A stretch of 63,981 bases of DNA, filler included, from Basidiobolus ranarum (lineage: Eukaryota), in assembly GCA_040143965.1 (NCBI GenBank). It is 4 parts of 4 records of this genome, joined end to end, with 100 filler letters (N's around TTAATTAATTAA, not from the genome) between each part and the next. Parts side by side here need not be neighbours in the genome. Positions count along the whole stretch, not along the records: positions 1 to 16,096 come from JASJQH010000354.1; 3 more parts are not named here. One strand, given 5' to 3'. The notes below the pieces were generated by a model that was not told the origin of the DNA, did not search any database, and saw only the letters and a program-made list of their open reading frames with translations. Both the position numbers and the translations under genes were made by a program. Positions 1 through 13,328 of the stretch are shown one piece after another. Position 1 is the first letter of the stretch, and each line of letters starts with the position of its first letter.

Positions 1-1536
1 CGCGAGCCTACCTATCTCTACTACCTTTGCCTCTGCCGGAGAGGTGGGGCCAGCCTGGTTATATCCTGAGCTAGGAGAATTGAAAAGAATCAAAGTTAAA
101 CTCAATTACTATCGATAGCTTGTCCATTTTTTCCTTGATCCCGTTATCGTTGAGTCTTCTCCATAGTGTTTTTGTCCTGCAAAAGAGAAAGGAAATCAAT
201 GCCAATATCGGTATTATACAGGTGTTGTTAAACTTGTTTTTGGAAATGTATGAAAGATATTCTAATTCCAAACCATTGTAGCTCTCATTCGATGTGTTAG
301 CAAATAATCCTGAAATCATTTCGATATCAGTGCTTCTGCTGGGTTCCTATATTCTTTTCTGCGCCATTTGGTTGATTTTCTTCAGCAGAGTATTCCTCGT
401 CAAGAATTCCGATAACTTTGGGAATGAGGGTATTGCCACTACCATTCTAAAACCTAAAAAGTGTGCTCAATTTCTAACACTCCCTCATCTAGCGGTCATT
501 GAATCTCCAACTCAACACCTTACTGTTTTCTTTATCTTTGTCTTTTTCTGGACAACATCAGTATTTAACGGAGTTCATAGGTTTGAATGTTGACATCACT
601 GTTTGTATGTATATCGCATAATTGACTATTTTCAAAACTTTTAGAGCTACAGTTGCTGGTGTTGTTTCCCAATGGTATTTCCACCGGTAATTTCTAGCAA
701 TATATTCCCATTTTTTCCACTGTAGCTAACGTTGATCTTGATCTAGACATGAATTTGGAGCTGCACAGAAAGTGAATTCCACCTATAAATCTTTGAACAA
801 ATCACTTACTACCTCTTTGGGTTCGATCTGTCTTGGCGGTCTAATTATGTCCACAGCGCGTTTTTGGACGTACGCTTGCAGTTTTTTAAAGAGCGTATGA
901 GCAATTTGCAAATTTGATACTTATCAGTATAGCAAATCGCTTACACATATCTGTTTAGATGGTCAAAGATTCACGTAATACAATTCTAATAGCGCTTACA
1001 AGCTTATTGAATTTCTTGGTTGGAATACTGGATATATTTAACCGGTATACAATCACGTTTGTTGGGCTCACCGGTGAAGGTTTTTGCCCTTCAGCCCGAA
1101 TGACTACACAGATAATGCGAAGAAGCTTGACGCATAATTTAGTGAATGGTATGGTTACCTTAGAATTAGTATACATATTGGTTACTAATATACTCTGCCT
1201 GTAGGATTCCTATTGCGCATCTTGTTGTTGATGGGTTCGGGGAGTGTATCTTTTTTCTCCGGCTTCATTTGCTTCAATTTCGCGACTTTTAACTTGGAAT
1301 CGCCCAATGGTTATATTAGCGGCTTGGTGGGCTTTCTGATACCATTCTTCCTACTCCAATTTTTTTCGTACATAATGATCAATATGTGAGTATTATCTAA
1401 TGCTAACTCATTTGCAAATACCTTGGAGCTAATTCTTTTAATCAGTGCGGATGCTACGTTCCTATGTTACGCGGTTGATCTTGACTCTAATAGCTGCCAC
1501 TATGCACCAGCTAAAAAAGCTTTTGTAAGTAGTTAG
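1..1536 (+). CDS. Choline transporter-like (CTL/SLC44/Pns1) membrane protein, multi-exon, 5'-partial
   Basis: Hydrophobic exon ORFs (294-593, 959-1204) with family-like motifs FFWTTSVF, FNRYTITFVGLTGEGFCPSA and a final exon DATFLCYAVDLD...AFVSS ending at TAG 1534-1536; GT..AG introns lie between them. Confidence 0.7.
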
Positions 1537-2339
1537 AGAGTTTATCTTTCTTAGTTTAGTTCTACTACTGCGACTTTTCACTATAACATGGTTATAGCCA
1601 TCCTGACATCATCCACCTCCCTTAATCATTCTCCTAGTTCATTCTTGAGCCTCTTTTTCACACATCGAAAGCTCAACAAATTGGAGAAGACACTTAACTA
1701 TAAAGAACTTATACATGTTTGTAGAATATCTCTATCCTGTCTTCGATTTTGCTCTTAATATACATCGCTACAGTTTTAAATCGAATCCATTTGATATATA
1801 CAATCCCAAGATATTCTTAAATAATGCATGGATAAAGAAACTTAGTGACTGCCAATTTTCAATCAAGATCCATAGTTAACCATAGAAGTATTGTTCTTTC
1901 AATACTCTTGGAAATCATCCTAAGTTCTTGTATAGTGCTACTTGAGTTAATAGACCGGAATGCTCTGTGGTACAATGCTCATCTTAAAGGCTCTTCTACA
2001 GATACTGATAGAAACCAAAGATATAGAGAGTGGCCACAGTTAATAAATATTGTAATCAGAAGATGAGTTTAATAATTACAAAGGGTTACGATATCAACAA
2101 AAAAACAATTGATTGAAAACTCCATAATAATTGACTAGATTTGCGTGAGGGATGTTGATGAGGCTGATGGTGTGACGATTTGGAGAGAGGTTCACTAGTG
2201 AGATGAAAGAATTAAAAAAACCGTAAAAACTGAACAAAGGTGGGGTTCCAGACTAACGGATACGATTTTAGCTGGGAAAAGTCTTGAAATTGTATTGACC
2301 ATAAGGTCATAAGGAGTCGTAGTAAATAATAGTAGTCAC

Positions 2340-5300
2340 TTAATGGTGTTTTTCTCTCTTTTTCCCTTTTTTTCCTTTTCTCCCGCTTTTCACTGAAGTA
2401 TCTTTATGATGAAGCTTCTGCTTTTTACTCGCCCCTTGCGATCTGCGTGAAGATTTGATCGGTGACGAATTGCCAAGTTTCCCTTCATCGTCAGAATCGG
2501 AGAATGAATTGATATCCGAAAGTTCACTCAAAGAATCATTGCTACTGTATAGCGGCGACATTTTGCCACTTGACCTTTTGTGACGACTGGTGCGGGATTT
2601 GGAGTGTGACGAACTAGACCCAGATTTACGCTTCCGATGGCTATCAATACGTTTAGCCTTGCTTGATATTTTGTTGGTAGCTATTTCGAGCATTTCATCT
2701 GTATCTTCTGCACTATCATCCATGTCGCTATCGTGACTAAGTCGGTTCATTTTCAGAGTAATCTTGAGTCCTGATTTCTTTGACACTGAATAGTCAGTTG
2801 TAGGGGTCGAGGGAGAAGCAGATTTGGCCGACCGCTTAGGTCTTCTACTCTTGCTATGCAGTTGAGGATTAAGTACCAAATCAATGAGGTGATCGAGTCT
2901 CCGTGTAACTACAGATTCTTTCAGCCAGATACCGTTGGCACGGGCTCTGTGTTCTGCGTTGGCATCTTCCACCTCCGAGGCGCTACTATCATCATTCTTT
3001 TTGGTAGAAATGTCTCCCACATTACCATTGAGATTGTTCCGTAAATGCTCACCAAAAGGCAGGGAAGGATCTGCCATAATTAAATCCCCTTGGTTAAGGC
3101 CGTATTTTGCCACTGCTACAAGCAAAGGTTTATCATGAATTTTACGATCCCACCATTTCGGTAATCCGGGGGTAGATCGTGAATATGACAAATACTCGTC
3201 TAGTTGAGGGTCACTTAAGACTCGATCGCGAATGGCGCTCAGCATATCCACGCGCTTTAATAATCTTCTTGACCTTTCCATGGTAAGGACCACACCTTCA
3301 TTTTCCCCGGTGCTGGCAATGTCATTACTGTCACCATTAATAACAGACTCCGCGGTTTTAATCATATGAACAAATTGAGTATTCAACAAAGAATCCGGCT
3401 TTTTATAAAGAGTTGCCAAATCTCGGAATTTGTCCCAATTTCGAGAACCATCTGAATTGCTCTCAACGCCAAATGACATTAATGTCCGGTAGAAGTCAGC
3501 TCTGTCTTTTTTGCTCCAACGTAATGCTGCCTCTTCTTGTCTTACCCGCATTTTCTCTACTTGAAGTTCTTCTTTACGCTTCATTTTCTCAATGAGCTGC
3601 TGCTTCTTTTCCTTCTCCTTTTCTGAACTCCGGCTTTTACGCTGCTCGGCTTGGAGTTCTCGCTGGAAGGCAGCTATAATACGACGTAAGCGCACACCAA
3701 TATCCGCGCGGGATGGCCAGATGAGAGCCTGTGTATGATCACCTGGCTGATCAGCAGCATCAAGGACTTCGTTATTAGTATTCGTATCTTGACTGTTGGT
3801 TTGCTCCAACGGACCGTTCTGGTCGGGATCATTTCCCTCATCTTTATCGATAAACTTTCGGCCATAAAAGCATAACTCCGGGTCTTGTCGGAGCTCTCTG
3901 TACTGCTGATACCCATATTTACAAATACCAATAAGCAAATCACGGTCCTCGTCGACTCCCCACCAATCGGCAGGCAATGCTCCGTTAACCTTTGGAATTT
4001 TCACACTCTTCGTATCCTGAAGGTTCTGCTGCACAATCTTTTCTCGGATTGTATAGAGCATCTGAATACGAAGTAACAGGTTTCTTCCCTTTTTATCAAT
4101 ATGATCGAAATACTCTTGCGGTGCTTCGATCATGAACGTTTTGAACTCGGCAATTTGTCTTTTAGTAGCACCAGGATAAGGTATGAATTCGTCACTGTCA
4201 TCTTCCTCGGTTTTCTCAGTTTCAGCGTCCTCTGGTAATCCGGGAATGGGATCTTTTTGAAGAAGAGTATTGATATCTTCTATTAGTTTTACGTCTTCTT
4301 CCGATGTCTTCTCTACACTTTTAAGGACATGTTGTATCATAGAGCGAGTCACCGCTCGTAGATCTTTTTCACTCCGACGAGGGAATTGCTCTAGCATTTG
4401 TTCCCATTTACCATAACCGTATATCATTAGCTTACGCTCAAGTTTAATCTTTTCAGCAAAACTCCATATCCGAGGCCCTTCGGTAGACTTTCTTCTAGAG
4501 TTAGTATCTTCTGACTCTTCATATTCCGAATTGGGCTCAGAGATGTCCGAATTCTTCAGACTCCGAGTTCCAAAGCGTTGAACCTGACGTCGTAATCTTG
4601 GCTCATGAATGATCAGGGGATTGTCTAGTTCGTCCTCTTCAACATCCATATTTGCTTTCTTGGCCAGTTTGTCCCAGAAGTCTGGATCGTCGATATCGAC
4701 GTCGTCTGAATTACCTACACTAAAAGTAGCCTTGGAAAAGACGGAACCCTTTTCATTTGTCTCATGTTTGATGACAGTAGTACGGCGTTGAAGAATCTGG
4801 TCAATATCTTCTTCACAGAATTTAGCGCTCTCATGGTCATCACTCAGCAAAGCACCATACGCACCCTTTTTCAGCAATTCTTCAACTTCTTTCTTACTTA
4901 GGGAGGATGAGGGATTGGATATGTCGGTGTCATCACCATCTTGCATGGCGGAGGCGGCATCCATCTTTTGAAGTACTGCTTTATCTAACCCAAGTTTGAA
5001 CCCAGCCCTATCGAACATCTCTTTCTCGTAGGTATTGCGCGTGATCAGGCGATAAATCTGCACCGGCTTTGTTTGACCGATTCGATGGCAACGTGCTTGA
5101 GCTTGAAGGTCGTTTTGAGGATTCCAATCACTGTCATAGATGACACAGGTATCAGCTGCAGTCAGATTGATACCCACACCACCAGCGCGAGTACATAGCA
5201 AGAATACGAATGAATCGGGTGTGGTAGAGAACCTATCGATAGCTGCCTGACGTAATTCACCGCGAACTGACCCATCGATTCTTTCAAATCCATAATCTCT

Positions 5301-7735
5301 AGCACGCAAGTAATCAGCTAAAATGTCCAAGCAACGAGTCATCTGAGAGAAAATCAACACTTTATGGCCTCCGTCTTTTAACTTTTTGAGAAGCTTGTCA
5401 ACAAGCACCAGTTTACCAGATGCTTCAATCATGTACTTTAGATGATCTTCGCTAGAGGTAACCTTTAACTCTTGTAAAATCCGGTCTTCAGCTCCTTGAA
5501 TCAAATAAGGATGTATACAGCATTTCCTTAACTCCATCATTACGTTGATCAAAGAAGGTCCGCTGTAAGAGTTTCCCTTAGAGCCTTTCTTTAACCAGGT
5601 GAAATTCTTCTCTAAGATGGCACGATACCACTTCTTCTGTACACTAGTCAATTCAACTTCTATTACTGTCTCCTCTTTCATGGGAATACTGGTTTCGACA
5701 TCCTCTTTGAATCTACGCAACATCAAAGGCTTTAACAGCTTCTGAACTTTGTCAACCTCGCCGGATGTTTTCAAGGATCCATAGTCATTGATGAATGCCT
5801 TCTCATCATAGAATCGATCTGGTTGTAAAAAGTTCAATAAACTAAACAACTCGTGCATGGAGTTCTGCAGAGGCGTGCCAGTGAGTAATAGCCTATGCTC
5901 CAGATAGTAAGTCTTCAGCATCTCCAAGACTTTCGAGGTTTTGTTTTTAAGTCGATGTGCCTCATCAAACACCGTCACTCTCCATTTGATAGGACGTAGT
6001 TGGATGGATCCGGAAGTGATCATCTCGTAGGTAGTGATAACAACGTCAAACTTGTAGAAATTGGGAACAATCTCACCATTTGCATCTTTGTAGTAGAACT
6101 CCGAATCGACAATCAGGTTGCGAGCAGTCGCACTTCCATGAAATACGATGGCATTCATCTCTGTCCAGCCTCTAAATTCTCTCTCCCAATGTGGGATTGT
6201 CGACAGTGGAGCCACCACTAAAAAGGGCCCCTGCACATTGTAAGTTCTAAACACTTCATACAGAAAAGAGACCGATTGAACGGATTTTCCAAGACCCATT
6301 TCGTCAGCCATAATACATGATTGATGATTGAACCAGCAGAACAAAAGCCAATTGAGTCCTTCTAATTGGTAGGATCGGAGTTGGTTGCCGTGCTTGAAAA
6401 GCGGGGATTGTTTGAGCTGACCAAATCTACTTTTTACAGGGCGAGGGGTTGGCTTTTCGGGTCTAGTAGGGGGGAGCACACGGCGTTGGTGAAATTCTTC
6501 GATTTTCTGAGGGTCAATTTTCAAGACGTCTTCTTTCTTTTCCCAGGTGGATTGATCGTATGGAGTACCACACCACTTGACCAAGAAGTAGATACTCTCT
6601 TCATTTGCGTTTTCTAGAGATAACTCTCCCTCATCGATGATTCGATCGATTTTTAAGAAAGTGGGATTGAACGCTTGATCCTCTCCCCATTGAGTATCCC
6701 AGTTTTGTTTATCTAGAAACCTTTTTATCCGATTTTTGCCTAAATGCTCTTGCTCCACCCGCTCCCTAGCAACCCATTCAGCATGATAATAGCTCATATT
6801 CTATTACGTTTGTTAGCGTAACTCCACATATGTGAGGAAGATAAGTTTGCGTTACCTTGTACTTCACCATCAGCTCCTCCTTCGATGAGTCTAAAGGGGA
6901 GTATCTATGTGCCAGCAATTTCTCGACTGTCTACAAAACACTAAGACATGAGTCTTACTTGAACAAGGATAATAGAAAGAAGAGTCTTACCCGTTCGCCC
7001 ATGGGAATCACTACCGGATCGTATGGCACCGCCCACTTCGACTCGTGTTTAACTTTTGAAGGTTTGGCTTTCTTGCTTTTGTTTCTATTCCTCGATGGCC
7101 CATCTTCGTCACTGTATAGATCTGAAAGATCGCTTTCAGACTCTTCTTCTGACGTGGCTGATAAACCCTGGTTTGGTCCAAAAAGAAATTGATGTAAGTA
7201 AATGCTGAAATTCACCCAGTAGATATTGAGTCATATACCATATCAGAAGCCTCGGATTCTGAAGCGTTTGTGATTTTTGCTGAACTAAATATAAGCATTC
7301 ATTAGTACAAGCGGAGAGCTGCACATACCATATCACCATGTTAAATAATTACCTTCCAAAGATATCCGACTCTATCATCGAGTCAGTACCCAGCACAGAA
7401 GACTCAGATCTCATGGGAAATGACTTTATACGAGGTTGTTTCATGGCGACGAAGCCACTATCACTATCACTGCTGCTACTATTACTACTTTCTTCATTTT
7501 CGGATTTGGTGTTAGGAGAAAGCTCATGCTCTGAAAATGGTGAGGGTGCATCGAATATGTCCTCGCATAATTGGTTGACTTGGGGAGTTTCATTTGGAAC
7601 TCCATTTTCTTGATGGTTTTCAATTGGTATATTAGGATGGCTCGCTACTTGTGATATTTCATCTACTTCCATGTTATTTGTAGTATCATTCTCAAGAACC
7701 TTGTCATTAACTAGACTTCCAATCTGTCTCTCCAT
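2340..7735 (-). CDS. Chromodomain helicase DNA-binding remodeller, CHD6-9/Kismet type (multi-exon; large last exon 2340-~6800)
   Basis: Tandem chromodomains (YHAEW, FLVKWCGTPYDQSTWE); SNF2 motifs ADEMGLGKS, DEAHRLKN, LLLTGTPLQN, DSDWNPQNDLQAQARCHRIGQ; FCEEDIDQILQRRT and WW..DRDLLIG..KYGY segments typical of the CHD7-like C-terminus. The 5' exons and ATG 7735 are inferred from splice signals. Confidence 0.9.
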
Positions 7736-10180
7736 GCTTAAACTTTACAAGCAGAATACGAAAGTTTCGGGACTATTTCTCGGCAAGTATAAAGGTTGTG
7801 GGGGGATAAAATAAAGAGTCTCACTAAACACTTTATGAAGCCAGATGGAATAAATACTCGCGAAACTTTTCAACTTGACAAAGGTTCGACTGGCTGTTTC
7901 TTTTACGTGAGAATGGTTTACTATATCGAAGAAAATAGAACCTTGAACTTGTTTCGTATTTCCTAGATTGAAATAATCTTTGGTCCGATGAAGTTCAGCT
8001 ATTTCAAACTGGTGTAAGTAATACAATAGTTGGGCGTATCAATAGCTCCTGCTTTTCCGCTTTTCTTGTGGCGAGTAAACAAAGGAGTATATCTAAAGTG
8101 AGTGAGAGATAAAGGTTAGTTTTTTTCTTACTTTAAACCATCATCTTTCAAGAGTCATCGAAGATAGTTAGATGAATGGTTGCTATAAGCAGTAAGAATT
8201 GGACCTACTTTTTTTTTATAACAATGAGAAAGAATTTCTGAGTAACGACGCGGATCAAGTTACTTTTCCACACTTCTCTTCCCTATTTTCCAAAGTTGAA
8301 TATAGTTGACCCTCCCTAAAAAAATGAGGTTTTTAAAAATGCCCTTGGGGAAAAATTTCAATATTTTATTTAATAAGGGCCTAAAAAAGAATGAAATGAA
8401 AGTAAAAATCGAAATAGGTGCATTTTTCAAATACTCTAAACATACGTCTTGGTGGATTTAAGCAATGATGATTCCCTATATTCACCAATATTCATCTGAT
8501 TCTCACTTTTTTAACCGTACCACTGGTTTAGGTGTGTGCCAGGTTGAATGCATGCTTCTCTCAATATCCCTCGCTCAAGATATTATTACAACACAATTGG
8601 GTTGAGAAAGAATGAGGGTTCAGTTTGTTTGGAAAGGGTCCATTGCGTGATCGAATATGGTTGCAAGTGAGGAATACACTCGATACATGGTCAGCGTGCG
8701 ATTTCCATGACGAATATGCTGGAGTGATACACAGCTATAGTTACAGGAATCGATTGTTGGTGAAGAAATACATCGACCCAAACCCATGTATATTGTATAT
8801 ATAGATCAAGACTCACCAGCGATAGAAAGATTTATGTTTATAAAGAGAATGATCAGAAGCCCAGTCGAGATGCTCTCTTTTAGCATTCCCAACCTCACCA
8901 TTTATTGAAATTCTAATACATCCGAGTCTTTAATGACCGCTGGAACAACTGGACGAAACAACGTAGGAGTAACGGGAAATGGATTCAACAACATTTAAAT
9001 ATTAAAATAAGATGCGAGGATCTCGTGGATTTCATGGATAACATTATCTTGTCTACACGAAGCGTAAACAGTCACTACCAACATAGAAGTTGCCAAGCTT
9101 AGTAGGATCAGGCGTCAATACGAAGTTTTGGGAAAATAATCGAGGGACTGTCTCTTTGCCGTACTTCACCGACCCGGTGACATTTACCAAGATGCTGAAT
9201 GGGCCCTCGGTGGGTCCAGTAACTGCATAAAAAGTATTTAGTATAGATGCTCTACAATATCGTGATCATTTATGCCTATTATATTTGGTGCAGAGGTTCT
9301 ACTAAACATGTATATACTCACAAGGCAATGGATGACAGTCGAAAGCTTGTATTTCATGGACTGTGGAGGGTAATTTTTGATAAAATTCGGAAAATGGAGT
9401 TACGCCAGAGTATGCATTTCCTAAAAACACCCATAGCGAGGTTGATATGTATATCCTTCGAGAATCTTGTGAAATCAAATATATGAAGACGTACCATTCC
9501 AAACGATGGCCGAATTGTCACGGTAAAACTTTCCTAGAAGCTAATTAAGTAAACAGTTAAGGTTAGACTTGGAAAAAGCATGTATCAACCCGTAAGGGTA
9601 AATCGCACTATAACAAACAAGGTGAACTCCTTGCGGTACCTACGTGTCTTTGATCATCGTACAACTTATAATACAGGTCTACGAACTGCTCCGCACCTTT
9701 TGCTGAAACATCTACAAGTGCTTTGATATCCTAAATGTCGGTATGTAATATAGATCCACAACAAACAGTGCACACCAATAGAAGATACATTAGTCCATAA
9801 ACTAATTTCTCCTAACTTAAGATAATCATCGCTGCAATATAGCGGTTGAAAGCATTCCGACTTACCGCTGAAGACATATGTTGGATTTATACAATAATAG
9901 TGGGATATCAGTTCTTCGCTGATAGTAAGAAGTGAAGTTCGCGCGCCCTCAAGCCGCTGCCTTAAGAATATGAACTGACCAGATTTTTTTCCATGAGTTA
10001 ACTAACAGTCAATTCATATTTTGATTAGATTTGTTATTGTTCCTCACGACTTCATGCATTGGAAATCAAATGAGACAAAAAAAAGATTCACTCAATTTCG
10101 ATGATCGACAAATTTCAAGATATTCACAATACTCGATTTTAATGATGGGTGATTTTCAAGATACCAATAATGCTTTCATA

Positions 10181-11969
10181 CTATGGATTTTTTCTGGTTT
10201 TATGAACTGGGAAAGCAACACAAAATAAATCTTTACCTCTAATGATTAAGGAGTGGCCATCTGGACTCCATTCTAAACCAACTGCTTCAAACTTATCGGT
10301 GGTAATTTCAAAGGGCTCGCAACCAGTCTTTTCACACCATAAGTATATGTGATTGCCGCCGCACACGAACGCCACTTGATCTGGGTTGATGGGATTCCAT
10401 TGAACTGCTCGAATAGGGAATGCTTGCTGAATAGCACAGATCTGCCGAACATTAGGGATATCTATTAACCACAGGCAAGTAGGGATGCTCTCTAAAGTCA
10501 TTGTGTGAATAGATATAAATCGATAGAGATTATCCGAGACTCAAGGTTACCATTGATGACAGCTACCAAGCGACCATTTGGGTTAAACTTTATCATGCCG
10601 ACTCCCAACTTGGGTGAGGGCTTTCCAACTTCCGGCTTAACGGCAGGAATCATAGCTGGAGGATAGACAGGCTCGTCTGTAGACATACTTCTTAGTTGAG
10701 TTTTCACATGAACATTCGTTGAAAATATACATACAATGAATTTCCACCCGTCCTTTCGATTTTTCCAAGAAGTTTTGGCAATAAATAGGCTGGGAAGAGA
10801 GGAGAATAAGCAATAATGGTCAGAGGATATTTGTTCAACCACCCACTCACCATCTGGGGATTGTTCGGTAGATCATCACACGCAAACTCTATAAGAGGGC
10901 TCCATGTGTAATGATTTAAAAAACGTATCTGTATTCCTTTCTGTTAATACTTCTGACAAGTCAGGGCTCAGTGTACATGAAGCTTGCCTGTTGATCATAG
11001 CTTCCGATAGCTAGAAATTGACTTGACGGTGACCACTGAACTGATTTGATACCCAAACCAAACTCATAAGCGGTATAGGAACGCTGAAGTGAACCATCTG
11101 CTGTATATATCAGCAACTTGTACTATGCCAAAATCATTAAATTAGGTTCGAAGTGAACAGGGTAAGCAATCTAAACTACAAACATTCAAGGGAGTGTCCC
11201 AAACAGCTAAGTAGTGACCATTGGGTGACCATTCCAAGTTTTCTAAATCAATAGTTTCGGGTTGTATACGCTATACAAAGAAAATGAATCACTACAAGAT
11301 AAAATGACTATAATGTGATGATTCTTCTAACCTTACATACAGCCCAGGATTTACAGTCATAAATACTGATAATATCCTTACTGTCACGTTTCTCTACAAT
11401 AGCTACATAGCGTCCATCACTTTGAAAAGCCATTCCTAAATTTCAACCAAGATAAACCACTGATAGCTCCGCAAACGAGTAAAAATAAAGTACCTTTATC
11501 CGAATATTTAGGATATTGAATGGACATATGTTCTTCTCCTGTCAAAGACCAAATAGTCATTCTCATCTGAAACATAAAAGCACCATACTTTTAATACAAT
11601 ATCTTAGTCAACATATCTTCGCCGGTACTTTACCTGGAACTCGCTCACCGTTACGATATGTCTACTATCAAAAGCCCATCTTGCCGAAGTTAAACCAGCG
11701 TCACCTTCACTGATCTGCCCATGCCAATCTCTATCATCGATGTCGAAAACATCTACAGTACCGTGTTTATAGGAAGCGCATATAATCAAACGTGAATCGT
11801 TGGACCATTCCAATACGTTGATGGGTTTATCTAAATGGTGCATTCGAGTGATCTTCAACGTATGAACACTACGAATGACCAAGCGTTTTTCAAAAATGGC
11901 AGCAAGGAACTCACCATCGGGTGAAAATTTACAAAATCCTGATAGTTTGAAGAAATCCGTGAACTCCAT
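10181..11969 (-). CDS. WRAP73: WD40 protein, WRAP73/WDR8 homologue (multi-exon)
   Basis: N-terminus [33 protein letters not shown] resembles WRAP73/Wdr8; several WD repeats ([24 protein letters not shown]) across exon ORFs. Confidence 0.85.
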
Positions 11970-12325
11970 TAAAAATTATCCTCTTTTCTAAACGGTTTCT
12001 CAACTTCTCATGAAGGAAGATACGACTGAAAAGATGATGGTAACTTCAAAATAAATGACAAACAAGTTTACGGATATTGATCCAATAGCCATTGTTTCTT
12101 TCTTTTCACAGTAAACAAGTCATTCGTATCACATGATAACATTACTGTTGTTCATTACATAGGTTTTGGAAGTAAATCAAGTATAAAATTCAATGAAGGT
12201 ATTGTTAAGTATGTACATTTATTAATTTATTTTCAAGTGTCAACGAGACTCCAGAATATACCTGTAAGATTAACGGTCAGTACAAAGTTGCAAGGTGATA
12301 AATAGATTTGAAAGTGAAGATGAAA

Positions 12326-12389
12326 TCAGATGGTGATGCATGTTGTATAAAATAATCATGTTGTTCATACGAACGAGACAAATCATCAT
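12326..12389 (-). ncRNA. Box C/D snoRNA copy 1 (shortened variant), SNORD33/snR55-like
   Basis: ATGATGA...GTCTCGTTCGT-ATGA...TGATTA...CATGCATCACCAT-CTGA; both guides are complementary to conserved 18S rRNA. Confidence 0.85.
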
Positions 12390-12544
12390 TTAAAGAAAAA
12401 AAAAATCAATACGGGATTAAATACATACCAATAAGTAATTGGCCAGCTGGAATCTTGAATGGAATTGTCTAGTATGTAGACTAAAAGACATGTTAGATTT
12501 TGCAATATTTGGGATGAAGGCGTGGGGGTTATGAAAGTAAAGAA

Positions 12545-12618
12545 TCAGATGGTGATGCATGTTTGTATTGAAATAATCACAGAATTGGTTCATACGAACG
12601 AGACGGACAAATCATCAT
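12545..12618 (-). ncRNA. Box C/D snoRNA copy 2, SNORD33/snR55-like
   Basis: C box ATGATGA, D' ATGA, C' GTGATTA, D CTGA, with two 18S antisense elements. Confidence 0.9.
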
Positions 12619-12780
12619 GTAAGAGGAATGGAATTGGCTTATGGTGGAAATAGATAATTACCTGATGTATGTACAACGCTAGCATATTACAGATGTCAGA
12701 CGGGAACTGTGATCTACAAACTAAATTATGGTTAACATACGAAATATTTGGAGTCAAATAATAAGAATTCCTGAGTAAGA

Positions 12781-12854
12781 TCAGATGGTGATGCATGTTT
12801 GTATTGAAATAATCACAGAATTGGTTCATACGAACGAGACGGACAAATCATCAT
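12781..12854 (-). ncRNA. Box C/D snoRNA copy 3, SNORD33/snR55-like
   Basis: Same 74-nt C-to-D sequence as copy 2. Confidence 0.9.
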
Positions 12855-13026
12855 ATAAGAGTAATAGGGTAATGTAATAGAATAGAGTAGACATTTACCT
12901 TGTATGTAGATAACTGATATCTCATGTGTACACTCTGCATGCGTTAGCTGCGATCTAACATGAAAACTGAACTAACGTTAGTGATGATTCTTGAAAGCCA
13001 AACAATAAGCAGTAATGAGTGAAGAA

Positions 13027-13100
13027 TCAGATGGTGATGCATGTTTGTATGTAATAATCACAGAATTGGTTCATACGAACGAGACTGGACAAATCATCAT
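13027..13100 (-). ncRNA. Box C/D snoRNA copy 4, SNORD33/snR55-like
   Basis: Same boxes and guides; small indels outside the guides. Confidence 0.9.
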
Positions 13101-13254
13101 GTAAGAGAAAAAATAATAAGATTGAGAAATCAATTTACCTGTTACGTATATACAGGACGCGGACTAACAGGCCATGCGTTCTATTGATTTTCTAAGTAGC
13201 TTTGAATTAGTATTACTCTTTAATGACAATGATCTTGAGAATCAATGGTAAAGA

Positions 13255-13328
13255 TCAGATGGTGATGCATGTTTGTATGTAATAATCACAGAATTGGTTC
13301 ATACGAACGAGACTGGACAAATCATCAT
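13255..13328 (-). ncRNA. Box C/D snoRNA copy 5, SNORD33/snR55-like
   Basis: Same C-to-D sequence as copy 4. Confidence 0.9.

Noticed and set aside
8600-9230. Coding-like composition, possible decayed gene
   Set aside because: Interrupted frames and no family I can recognise; needs a translated search (BLASTX).
12326-13328. CRISPR-like array of regularly spaced direct repeats
   Set aside because: Repeats (~74 nt) and spacers (~155-175 nt) are too long, there are no cas genes, the context is eukaryotic, and the pattern is fully explained by intronic C/D snoRNAs.
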